Part shown: positions 1 to 10,733 of the stretch, piece by piece
Numbering within the stretch: the first letter of the stretch is position 1
Layout: each line of letters starts with the position of its first letter
NCBI RefSeq assembly: GCF_902713615.1
Contig: NW_024055447.1
Coordinates: forward strand, 923,072-987,071
Origin: Scyliorhinus canicula
Taxonomy: Eukaryota
DNA length: 64,000 nt
Reading direction: 5' to 3'
Translations under genes and position numbers: made by a program
The notes under the pieces: model-generated
The model's input: only the letters and a program-made list of their open reading frames with translations
Told to the model about the DNA's origin: nothing
The model's database searches: none

Positions 1-104
1 AAAATTTTGGGCCTGTTGATCTTAAGGGGGAAATTGCTACGTAGATGAAGGAACAATGAATTAAAAGCAGTGATATGGGGTTTAGACGGAGCTAGACCAA
101 TGGC

Positions 105-975
105 CACAAGACGTAGGAGCAGACGTAGGCCATTCAGCCCAACAACACTGATCCAGCCTTCAATGAGATCATAACTGATCTGATGTGATGATCTTCAACT
201 CCTCTTTCCCGCCTTCTCCCGCTGTTACCAGACACCTAAACGACCCTCTTACGGACTGACCTCATTAACACTACACCTCTGTATGCTTCACCCGATGCCG
301 GTGTTAAGTAGTTACATTGTGTACCTTATGTTGCCCTGTTATGTATTTTATTTTATTTCCCTTTCTTTTCATGTACTGAATGATCTGTTGAGCTGCTTGC
401 AGAAAATACTTTTCACTGTACCTCGGTACACGTGACAATAAACAAAATCCAATCCCATATCTCTCATTGGTTTAAAATATGTCTCTCTCAACCTTGAACA
501 TACTGAACAACCCAGAATCTACAGCCCCCTGGGTTAAATAATTCTACAGCTCCCCGACGCTCTGAGAGAGGAAATTCCTTCTCATCTCTGTCTTAAATGG
601 GCGAACATTGACTATGTGATCCTGCACTCTGGTCCGAGATGCTCCCACAAGGGAAAACAACCTCTCAGCGACTACACTCCGAAGCTCCCTGAGAATCTTT
701 CATGTCTCAATTAGGCCGCCTTCGTTCTTCTAAACTCCAATCAGTCCAGGCCCAGCCTACTTAACTTCTCCCCATAAGAAAATCCCTCCATACTCGGGAT
801 CAACATCGTGATCCTTCTCTGGACTGCCTTCAAAACCAATCTGTCTTCCTTAGATAAGGGCACCAAAACTATTCAAAATATATCAGGTGTAGTCTAACTA
901 ATGCCTTGTATAGTTTTAGCTCGACTTCCACATGTTTATATTCTATTCCCTTTGAAATAAATGTCAACATTCAAA
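105..975 (-). mobile_element. CR1-type LINE 3' fragment, interrupted at 221-452
   Basis: Reverse strand shows the CR1 3' ORF2/UTR pattern (ggccattcagccc tail, LEF/RGD-type codons). The sequence resumes after the 221-452 insert. Confidence 0.6.
221..452 (+). mobile_element. LINE 3' tail (Rex1/Babar-like), nested in CR1
   Basis: Near-identical copy at ~21150-21480, ending ...ttttcactgtacctcggtacacgtgacaataaac. The family name is from recollection. Confidence 0.5.
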
Positions 976-1859
976 TTGTCTCCATATTACCTGCAGAACT
1001 TGCGTTTTGTGGTTTCTGCGCGAGGATCCCCAATTCCCCCGTTACTTCAGCTTCCTACAGTCTTTCTCCAGCTAAATAATATTCCGTTATGTTCCTCCTC
1101 CTACCAAAGTGTCTCACCTCACATTTCTCAACATTATGTTCCATCTGCCAAGTTTTTACTCAGTAACTTAAGCTGTCTCTGTCGCTCTCTAGATTTTCTG
1201 TAACCTCACCACTTGCCTTTATATTTTTTGTCATCTGCAGCCGTGGGAAGAGTGCATTCATTTATTAAACACAGTTTTGAAATTTATGTATATTACATCT
1301 AATGCCCCCCTTTCTCTAGCTTTCTCCTTATCACCTCAAATAAGGGCAATAAATTTGTCAGGCATGATTTCACCTTCACGAAGCCGGGCTGACTCTGTTT
1401 GATTATATTGTGTATTTCTAAATGCTCAGCTATTGGATCCGTTATAATGGACTCAAACCGTTTCCCACTGACAGATGTTAAGGTCCCTGGCCTATAGTTA
1501 CCTGTTTTTGACACCCTCCCTTTTGAATAAGGGTGTTACATTGGCAGTTTTCTAATCCTCTTGGGGTAAGGTGGGAGGAGCCTGGTTTGGAGTTTAGACA
1601 CCAGCACAGAACAGTTGGGCCGAATGGCCTGTTTCCCTGCTGTACACTTTCTGAAACTTTCGAATCCAATATCCGTAAATTCTCAGGGAAAAGGATTGTG
1701 TCCACCTCTGCTCCGAGCTGGGAACCCGGACAGATCCCAATGTGGAAAATGGAAACCTTTAAAATCCAACACAAAACACATTTCTCTCACATCTACCCCG
1801 CGGTTCCATTGTCTCCGGAATTCCCCATTTTATTGACATTTATTGTACATTTTCTGCAG

Positions 1860-2251
1860 ATCCCAATCCGCGGGAACCGTCCGTCTCTGTCCTCCTGCCC
1901 TCGGCTGAAGACGTCTCCGCTCAGAGATTCGTCTCCCTCAGCTGCTTAGTGAGAGGTTTCTCCCCCCGAGAGATCTTCGTCAAGTGGACCGTCAATGACA
2001 AGCCGGTGAATCCCGGGAACTACAAGAACACCGAGGTGATGGCGGAGAACGGCAATAGCTCCTTCTTCATGTACAGCCTGTTATCCATTGCAGCGGAGGA
2101 GTGGGCCAGCGGTGCTTCTTACTCCTGTGTGGTGGGACATGAAGCCATCCCCTTGAAGATCATCAACAGAACGGTTGATAAATCCAGCGGTAAACCCAGT
2201 TTTGTGAACATTTCCCTCGCTCTGATGGACACCGTTAATTCATGTCAATGA
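1860..2251 (+). CDS. IgW: Ig heavy-chain terminal constant domain plus secretory tailpiece (probably IgW)
   Basis: Acceptor ttttctgcAG at 1858-1859, phase 1. Reads [130 protein letters not shown]. C1-set Cys/Trp/Cys are present. Internal donor AGCG|GTAAAC at 2189/2190. The tailpiece has an N-I-S sequon and a penultimate Cys. IgW rather than IgNAR/IgM rests on my recall of tailpiece sequences. Confidence 0.9.
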
Positions 2252-2278
2252 TAATCTGTTGGTTAGATTTCGAACTAA

Positions 2279-2292
2279 AATAAAATAATAAA
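2279..2292 (+). terminator. Secretory-form polyadenylation signals
   Basis: AATAAA at 2279-2284 and 2287-2292, about 30 nt after the stop, followed by T/GT-rich sequence. Confidence 0.85.
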
Positions 2293-2714
2293 GTTTTTTC
2301 CTCCAATTGTGATTTAAATGCACTGCCGCTTAATTAATGGCGCTTCCACTTTGCTGATATTAGATCTGTTCAATGAGACCCGGATTTCTATAGGTCTCAG
2401 CTCCAAGTCTGATACAACCAGAGCTCCCAGCTCAGATACACCCTGGGTTAGAGACAGAGTAAATCTCATTCATTCCAGGATTCAACAAAATATCTTCATT
2501 GACTTTCCTCCCGCTGAGGAGAAATCGGACAATTTCCCATTTCAGACAAACCCATCACATTTAGATCTCGGTGTTCTTGCTTCTCTCATTGTCCATCCCT
2601 TTAAAATTAATGTCAGCTTTAAGTTGCTGCATCACACCCAGTGGGAACTGAATTGAGGATCACACAGAAACATGGACCAACAATCCCCAGTCAAAGAGAG
2701 GGGAAAGTGAAATT

Positions 2715-3610
2715 GTTAATACACTGTACCCCCACTTCACCAACAGTGGGAGGAGCATTAGTTAATCCACTGTACCCGCACTTCCCCAACAGAGAGAGGG
2801 GGAGGGGCTTTAGTTAATACACTGTACCCCCACTTCCCCAACAGAGAGACGGGGAGGGGCTTTAGTTAATCCACTGTACCCCCACTTCCCCAACAGAGAG
2901 ACGGGGAGGGGCTTTAGTTTATCCACTGTATACCCACTTCCACAATAGAGAGAGGGGGAGGGGCTTTAGTTAATTCACTGTACCCCCACTTCCCCAACAG
3001 AGAGAGGGGGAGGGGCATTAGTTAATCCACTGTAACCCACTTCCCCAACAAAGAGAGGCAGAGGGGCTTTAGTTAATTCACTGTACCCCCACTTCCTCAA
3101 CAGAGAGAGGGGGAGGGGCATTAGTTAATCCACTGTAGCCCACTTCCCCAACAAAGAGAGGAAGAGGGGCATTACTTAATGCACTGTACTCCCATTTCCC
3201 AGGCAAAGAGAGGGGTAGGGGCATTACTTAACACAGTGTACCCCCAATACCCAGGCAAAGAGAGGGGTAGGGGCATTAGTTAACACAGTGTATCCCCACT
3301 ACCCAGGCAAAGAGAGGGGTAGGGGCATTAGTTAACACAGTGTACCCCCACTACCCAGGCAAAGAGAGGGGTAGGGGAATTAATGAACAAACTGTACCTT
3401 AATTTCCCCAGCAAAGAGAGGAAGAGGGGCATTAGTTAACACACTGTACCCTCACTTCCCCAACAAAGAGACGGTGGGGGCCTGAGTTAATCCACTGTAC
3501 ACCCGCTTCCAACAGTGAGAGGGAGAGGGATTAGTTAATCCACTGTACCCACACTTCCCCAACAAAGAGAGCTAAGGGGCAATACTGACCCATTTTACCT
3601 CCACTTTCCC
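2715..3610. repeat. ~52-bp GC-run minisatellite, ~17 copies
   Basis: Unit ttagttaatccactgtacccccacttccccaacagagagacggggaggggct. A variant sub-block (cccaggcaaagagaggggtagggg) lies at ~3185-3400. Confidence 0.9.
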
Positions 3611-4104
3611 GACCAAAAGAGGAGGAAGGTGATGAGTGAACTCTCTGTATCTCCACCTCCAACAGGGAGAATCCAAAGGCAATTTGCTGAGCTGACCAGA
3701 GAGAGGGAGATTATTAACTCAATATCTTCCCAGTCCCCAAGCAGGGAGTTTGAAAGTAAACGGTTCTCTCGACTAAGAATTCAGTTACTGACATTACAAG
3801 GCGGCATGTAGCTTACTAGCTACATGGCTAAAAGACCATCATGATAAAGATGTTCTAAAAATTTATGCAACAGAATTTTTTAGCACCCTTGTTCCTCTTA
3901 TCTGTATGCTGAGACCGATTCCGCATAATCCAAATCCAGACTGGTGATTGAGTTCTCCCTGGGTTTTCACTGTTCTCTCCTGAGGCACCTCCTTGTATTT
4001 TTGCATTCGGTCACCTGATGTCAGCTTGCAGCTCACACAAAACACATTTATATGCAGAAAGTTCAACATATTCTACATTGGTACCAATAATACCTACAAC
4101 TGGC

Positions 4105-4700
4105 AAAGCTACAGGCAGCTGATACAAATACACAGACAGATAAACAGACACAGACACTACACATACATGCACACAGACCCAGAAACACACACACGCTCAC
4201 ACGTAGACACAAACACACACATGGGCACACACATAGAAACACATGCATAAACATACACACAGGCACAACGAACCACACATATTTTGACACAAAAACACAC
4301 GCAAACGTGCGCAAAAATTCACAAACATGCACATAAACACAAACAAGCCCACATTTATACAGAGACAGACACACGTGCACATCCACACATGGACACACAA
4401 ATCCACACACACAAGTGGCTACACAAATGTATGCAAACAGACACATACAACCACATGTCCACACAGATACAGAAATATATAAACCAGACAAGCAGGATGA
4501 CAGAAGAATATGAAACACAAATGTAACCAATAACATATACATTAGCAGAATTTCACGATGAGAGAAATATTTCCATTCAAACAGAGACAGTAATCCACAT
4601 TAACACACGAATGGGCTCACGTAGACACATATTAGCAGACTCGTACACACGCTAACACGAACACATATGAATACACATAGAATTATCAATACACATCAAT
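4105..4700. repeat. Degenerate (CA)n-rich low-complexity tract; a second one at ~5075-5450
   Basis: acacacag/acacat runs, which explain the H/T-rich and C/V-rich spurious ORFs. Confidence 0.85.
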
Positions 4701-4730
4701 AGATAGTTATAAACAACCATCAACGCATAA

Positions 4731-5063
4731 ATAGCACTGCTGCCTCACAGCGCCATAAACCCGGGTTCAATTCCAGCCTTGGGTGATTGTCTGTGTAGTG
4801 TTTCCACGTTCTCCAGTGTCTGTTCCTGTTTCCTCCGGGTGCTCCAGTTTCCTCCCACAATCTAAAGCTGTGCAGGTTCGGTGGATTGGCCAGGCTATAT
4901 TACCCCTTAGTGCCCACAATGTTAGGTGGGGTTACCAGGTTCTGGGGTTAGGGCAGGGGCATGCGTCCAGATAGGGTGCTCTTTCCGAGGGTCGGTGCAG
5001 ACTCAATGGGCCGAATGGCCTCGTTAGGCACAGTAGGGATTATCCGATGATGATTCTATGATG
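4731..5063 (+). mobile_element. HE1-type V-SINE
   Basis: tRNA-like head (tagcactgctgcctcacagcgcc...gggttcaattcc), central V domain (gtgcaggttcggtggattggcc), tail ggccgaatggcct...ttctatg. Confidence 0.85.
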
Positions 5064-5791
5064 AAATACACGCATCAACAAACACACACACACACAAACG
5101 CACTTATCTAGACACAAACATTAAGACACTGACATGCATGTTGAACGTATAAAGACACATTAACACTTTTATTACTGGGCAGGGAAGTATAAACTTATAT
5201 TATAACAGGCATTAATATATAAACATAGACTTCAACACACAACACACACACAATAAACACTCATATTTACACATTGACTTAAGATAAATTTACACACAGG
5301 CGCCGACACACAAATACACAGATCAATACTCATTGACACATGAACATACACAATGACACTTATAAAGACATCGGGACACACAAATGAAGAGTAAAGAAAC
5401 ACGAATTTCGCATCTACACAGACACAAAAGCTAAAGAACAAACACAGACGTCAGGCAAGGGCGGCACGGTGACGCAATGGTTAGCACTGCTGCCTCACGA
5501 TCCCGCTCCTGGGTCTGTGTCCCTGTGGACTTTCCTCGTGACCCGTGGGTCTCACGCCGACAACCCAAAGATGTGCAGGGTAGGTGGATTGGCCATGTTA
5601 AATTGCCGCTTAATTGAAAGGAAAAAGTTACAGAGATCGATTTCCGAGTGTCATGAACTCAACAGTAGATATGCAATGACAAATATATTAAAGAATGAAT
5701 TAGCAGCGGGAGAAAATGAAACGAGAATATTAAAAATAAAACGTGTATTAACAAACAATCTGATTATATTTATTGGGCTCGATCCTCGTAG

Positions 5792-5919
5792 ATACCACAG
5801 ACCACACCTGGACTGAAGACAATGAGGATGATAACGGGAACATCTGGACAACCGCTTCCACATTCATCACCCTGTTCTTCCTGAGCATTTCCTACAGCGC
5901 TGCAGTCACTCTGGTGAAG
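5792..5919 (+). CDS. IgW: Ig heavy-chain TM1 exon (membrane form)
   Basis: Acceptor TAG at 5789-5791 and donor AAG|GTGAGA. In phase with the 2189 donor (G+AT = Asp). Reads DTTDHTWTEDNEDDNGNIWTTASTFITLFFLSISYSAAVTLVK: acidic spacer, WTT, and a CART-type TM with the Y-S pair. Confidence 0.92.
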
Positions 5920-6058
5920 GTGAGAAGATTCAATCCACTCACACTTCAAACTGACAGAAGCCGTTTAAAAACCCTAAATGTTTGATTTGATTAAAAACTC
6001 TAACATCAATGTTCCAGATCATAAACATCTGCTTCATCATTTTCTCTCTCTTTTACAG

Positions 6059-6067
6059 ATCAAGTGA
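6059..6067 (+). CDS. IgW: TM2 exon (I-K-stop), giving cytoplasmic tail KIK
   Basis: Polypyrimidine tract tttctctctcttttacAG, then ATC AAG TGA, in phase 0 with the TM1 donor. Confidence 0.85.
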   Translation: MK

Positions 6068-6472
6068 TCGGTTGACGTTCGGACGCTGTAGATTTTCCTC
6101 AGCTGTTTATTATTATCTGTGTGTGACAGAAATACAATATCTCCTCTTGGTGACTCTAACAGTAACATCCTCTCCGTTTATTATTCTGCATCTGTAACTG
6201 AGACAATCATGGACAGTATTTCTGCTTTTCAGTTTAAAATGTACAAGATAATTTTGGCTGTAATGTAACTGTAGCTAATAATTTCTCTCAATATCATGTC
6301 TAAATAAGTAACTTATCTCGTACCTTATTCACAACAATTTTCTTCCCTTTATGTTGAGCTCCTGTTCTCTCTTGTGTCTGTTACAGTTGTACATACATTT
6401 GGCAGCTCAGATGGCATGTGTTCTGTTCTCAGTGTGACCCTCAATCACTATTTTCCCTTTTGTAAACATCAA

Positions 6473-6513
6473 AATAAACTTTTGTGTAATATTTTCTCTG
6501 AAATTTTAATAAA
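6473..6513 (+). terminator. Candidate membrane-form poly(A) signals
   Basis: AATAAA at 6473-6478 and 6508-6513, about 400 nt after the TM2 stop. Confidence 0.65.
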
Positions 6514-6896
6514 TATTGAATGAAAAATGAAGAAAATAAGACTAATCGGAACTCCTTTCTCTAAGGTCTATCGGCACTGATCGATTTCCCCGATTATACA
6601 GTTGTCTCCCCTTTCCCAGACAGATATTTCTCACCAGTCCTGTCTGGGATGTGTCGGAACTCAAGGCCCCTCAGTGAAAGAGCCACTGCGCCGCCAAGCG
6701 GCCCATCCGGGTTAAGACACCTTCACCTTTGCCTTTTTATGGTAAACTCTAGAGACAGGATGCCAGCTAAAGAATTCTACAGATTCACTCCCCTCTGATG
6801 GAAGAAATGTCTCCTCATCTCTGTCCTAAATTTGAGATCTCTTACTCTGAGATTATGCCCTCTGGTCTCAGACTCTCCCACAAGAGGAAACAAGAT

Positions 6897-7200
6897 TGTT
6901 TTTCAGGCTGTGTAACTGGTTAAAGCTCTTTCCACAGTCAGTTCACTGGAACACTCCCACTCAGGTGTGTGTGGGTCTCGGGGCTTTTCCAGTCACACTT
7001 GTTTGAAATCGCTTCCCACAGTCCGAACAGACAAACACATTGACAGTTTGTGATATTTAGATCCTAATGAATTGAGTGACTGTCAGATCTTGATGTTATA
7101 TTTGGTTCCAGTTGCCCAGCTGCCAATCCTCCCGTTCTAATGCCTGAAAAATAAGTTTACAAAAATGATCACTGTAAGAATAGGATAGAAATTCACAACA
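6897..7200 (-). pseudogene. 5' relic of a C2H2 ZNF gene, truncated by a CR1 fragment (~6720-6890)
   Basis: The reverse complement matches the acceptor and leader of the 33k/41k/44k genes (tttttcag|gcattagaa...gatctgacagtcactc...gtgtgactggaaaagc...gactgtggaaagagctttaaccagttacacagcctg). No intact fingers follow. Confidence 0.75.
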
Positions 7201-7599
7201 GATCATTCTAGTTTCTATCAAACCTTCTTTCGTCTCTTGCTTTCCTCAAGCATGTGGTCCAGTCAAAATAAAAGACCAAAATCAGCTAGAAGCCCCAACA
7301 AAAGTGTCACTGCCTGTGCGGAGTCTGCCCGTTCTCCCCGTGTCTGCGTGGGTTTCCTCGAAGTGCTCCGGTTTCCTCCCACAGTCCAACGATGCGCAGG
7401 TTAGGTGGATTGGCCATGCTAAATTGCCCTTATGTTGGATGGGGTCGCTGGGTTACAGGGATAGGGTGGAGATGCTCTTTCCAAGAGCCAGTGCAGACTA
7501 GATGGGCCGAACGGCCGACTTCTGCACTGTAAATTCTATGATTGTACCTCGATGATTATTGAGTCAATCCGCGAGTCAGCCTGAAATCTGCCTCACAAT

Positions 7600-8000
7600 G
7601 CCCGGGTGATTGACAGCAGCCCCGGACCAATAAGAAGAGGAGGGGCGGGACTGCGGGACCGACCGGAAGCAGCTAGACCTCCAACCAATCGGAGTGAATG
7701 AGGGGCGGGCCCGCTGTGATTGAAGCAGGCGCAGTGTGTGTAATGGCGCTGTAGAAGGACGTGTTTTTTAGATCGGAAATCGGTGAGAGGACTTTAACAA
7801 CATGGAGGGAGCGAGAGATCGCGGGGGTGGGCGGAAACGTTGTGTAAAGTTGTTGAAATCGCAAACATCGGAAAGGTTTCCGCGACCCCGTTTGTACTGA
7901 GCGAAACTGCAGCTCCTCACGTTCGGCTCGGGTTAACGGCCGCCATCTTTATTGGATGCAAATCAGGGCGCATGCGCGTTTTCCGTGTTTGTCGGGGCGA
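7600..8000. promoter_or_regulatory. CpG-rich, probably bidirectional ZNF promoter with non-coding exon 1
   Basis: CCAAT x2, GGGGCGGG x2, CCGGAAG (ETS), donor G|GTGAGA at 7783, CGCCATCTT (YY1, ~7941), ATGCAAAT at 7956-7963, GCGCATGCGC (NRF1, ~7968). Confidence 0.75.
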
Positions 8001-8244
8001 TGTTTCAATGAGTGGGAGGAGCTTGTTCCCCATTGTTCAGAATGGAGACAACTTGTCCATCAAACTGGATTAGTCTTTGAGTCCTAATGTCTTACTGATG
8101 ATGCAAAGCAGTGGCAGAGATGGAAAGAAAAGGAAGCCGATCCTGCTCTCTGGATTTCACTCTCTTATTAGACATTCTGTCCCATCTGTCCAAAGCTCTG
8201 CGGCTCTGTTCAGCCATGTGAAGACCCAGGATAGAAATTCACAA

Positions 8245-8348
8245 TCAATGGGCTTTGACAAAGAGTCATTGGACTCGAAACGTTAGCTCTTTTCTCTCCC
8301 TACAGATGCTGCCGGACTTGCTGAGATTTTCCAGCATTTTCCCTTTCA
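8245..8348 (+). mobile_element. 104-bp Penelope-like terminal fragment with 14-bp TSD and a degenerate hammerhead
   Basis: Flanked by atagaaattcacaa at 8231-8244 and 8349-8362. Contains gggct-TTGACAA-a-gagtc-attg-gactc-GAA-ACGT-t-agctc. Confidence 0.7.
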
Positions 8349-8397
8349 ATAGAAATTCACAACCCTGAGTAGACGTCACCCTCAAATCGAGGACTGA

Positions 8398-8865
8398 TTC
8401 ATAGAATTTACAGTGCAGAAGGAGGCCATTGGGCCCATCGAGTCTGCACCGGCTCTTGGAAAGAGCACCCGACCCAAGCCCACACCTTCACCCTATTCCA
8501 GTAACCCCACCCAACTCTAAGGGCAATTTTGGATACTTAAGGGCAATTTAGCTTCACAGCTCCAGGGTCCCAGGTTCGATTCCCGGCTTGGGTCACTTGT
8601 TTGTGCGGAGTCTGCACGTTCTCCCCATGTGTGCGTAGGTTTCCTCTGCGTGCTCCGGTTTCCTCCCACGTCCAAAGATGTGCAGGTTAGGTGGATTGGC
8701 CATGCTAGATTGCCCTTAGTGTTCAAATTTGCCCATAGTCTTGGGTGGGGTTACTGGGTTATGGGGATAGGGTGGAGGTGTGGGCTTGGGTAGGGTGCTC
8801 TTTCCAAGAGCCGGTGCAGACACGATGGGCCGAATGGCCTCCTTCTGCAATGTAAATTCTATGAA
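8398..8865. mobile_element. Inverted SINE 3' part fused to a near-full HE1 SINE (fold-back)
   Basis: 8398-8550 is the reverse complement of ~8700-8865. Confidence 0.8.
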
Positions 8866-9084
8866 ATTATATGAAATACATGGGTTTTTGGAAAATCATT
8901 GCGACAGTAAAAAATATTTTAGTGACTCTGGAACATGATTAGGACAGTAAAAATACTAATGTTGAGTCTCTGGAAAATCATGAGGACAGTAAAAAAGATT
9001 TTTGAACATTTCTCTTCTGTGGATATAAAAATATTGAAACTGTGATAAAGGTTGATTGACTGACAGTCAATCGCTGTCCTTTTA

Positions 9085-9555
9085 TAAAATAACTTTAGAG
9101 TGCCCAATTCATTTTTTCCAATTCAGGGACAATTCAGAGTGTCCAATGGGCCTAACCTGCACATCTTTGCGTTGTGGGGATGCAGCATGGTGGTGCAGTG
9201 GGTTAGCCCTAATGCCTCACGGCACGAAGGTCCCAGGTTCGATCCCGGCTCTGGTCACTGTCCATGTGGAGTTTGCACATTCTCCCCGTGTTTGCGTGGG
9301 TTTCGCCACCACAACCCAAAGATGTGCAAGGAAAGTGGATTGGCAAGGCTAAATTGCCCCTTAATTGGGAAAAAAAAATTAATTGGTTACTCTAAATTTA
9401 TTTTTTTTAAATCATTGGGTTGTGGCATGAAACCCACACAAACACGGGGAGAATGTGCAAACTTCGCACAGACAGTGACCCAGAACTGGGATCGAACCTG
9501 TGACCTCGGCGCTGTGAGACAGCAGTGCTAACCACTGCACCACCGTGCTGCCCTA
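9085..9555. mobile_element. Nested SINEs: a + strand copy (~9178-9405) inside a - strand copy
   Basis: The outer element breaks at ...ctttgcgttgtgg and resumes at gggttgtggcatgaaaccc. Confidence 0.75.
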
Positions 9556-9699
9556 GTCAAACACTGTCCTGGAAGGGAAGGAGTTCTTTTGCTTCCCAAT
9601 TGGCCGAGGAAGGCAGTGCGTCACAAGGATGGATGTGTTGACCGATTAACGGCTGGAGGATGGCGGCAAGTCATGTGATCAAGCCTGCAGAAATACATT

Positions 9700-9975
9700 C
9701 AATCAAAGTTGGCGAGGAGAGAATGTTGTGAATTTCTATCCGAAACTGACAGTGTGGTTTCTGTAAATTTACAGGATACTGGAAGTGGAGGTTTAACAGA
9801 CGGGAAACACAAACCAAATGTCACATCGCGATCTGACAGAGTCACTCGATTCATCAGAACCAGAATTTCAGCAGCATCTGGGTGTGGAAGGTAAAAGGTT
9901 TGTCTGTTCTGTCTGTGAGGGAAGATTTCAGGTCTCGGTGTGACTGGAAAAGCCACGAGATTCACAAACCCTGGT
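9700..9975 (+). pseudogene. ZNF leader relic / candidate 5'UTR exon 9775-9890
   Basis: Acceptor tttacAG at 9773-9774, DLTESLDSSEPEF-like codons, one dead finger, possible donor AAG|GTAAAA at 9891. Paralogue at ~55325-55560 (-). Confidence 0.6.
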
Positions 9976-10141
9976 TAGACCAAACCTGGAGAACTGTGTT
10001 CAGTTCTGGGCAACAAACCTGAGGAAGGATAGAATGGCCTTGGAGGGAGTGTAGCACAGATTTACCCGAGTGATATCTGAACCCCCCCCGGGGTTGGGTT
10101 AAATTAAAAGGCGAGATTACACAAAAATGTCAGAGTCAGCT

Positions 10142-10733
10142 GGCAGCACGGTGGCACAGTGAGTAGCATTACTGCCAAACAGCGCCGAGGTCCCAGGTTC
10201 GATCCCGGCTCTGGGTCACTGTCCATGTGGAGTTTGCACATTGTTTGCATGGGTTTTGCCTCCAAAGCCCAAAGATGTGCAGGTTAGGTGGACTGACCAC
10301 GCTAAATTGCCCCTTAATTGGAAAAAATGAATTCGGTACTCTAAATCTATTTTTAAAAATTAAAAAAACCAAAAATGTCAGTCATTATGGGCAGAGAAGG
10401 GCATTCGGTCCATTGAGTCCATGCTAGCTCTCTGGTCGGCCAGGTGGTTAGCACTGTTGCTTCACAGCACCAGGGACCCAGGTTTGATTCCTGGCTTGGG
10501 TCACTGTCTGCGGTCTGTGCACGTTCTCCCCGTGTGTGTTGTGGGTTTCCTCCGGGTGCTGCGGTTTCCTTCCACAAGTCCCGAAAGACGTGCTTGTCCG
10601 GTGAATTGGACATTCTGAATTCTCGCTCTGTACCTGAACAGGTGCCGGAGTGTTACGACTTGAGGATTTTCACAGTAACGTCATTGCAGTGTTAATGTAA
10701 GCTTACATATGACACTAATAAAGATTATTATTA
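10142..10733 (+). mobile_element. Two HE1-related SINEs with different tails (10142-10368; 10441-10733)
   Basis: Same head and V domain. The first ends cccttaattggaaaaaatgaatt...ctctaaat; the second ends gtgaattggacattctgaattctc...ataaagattattatt. Confidence 0.8.

Noticed and set aside
2715-3610. Possible class-switch (S) region
   Set aside because: It is 3' of the constant exons and has no AGCT/RGYW enrichment. Conventional S regions are not described in sharks.
4063-4542. C/V-rich and H/T-rich ORFs
   Set aside because: Translation of degenerate CA/TG microsatellite.
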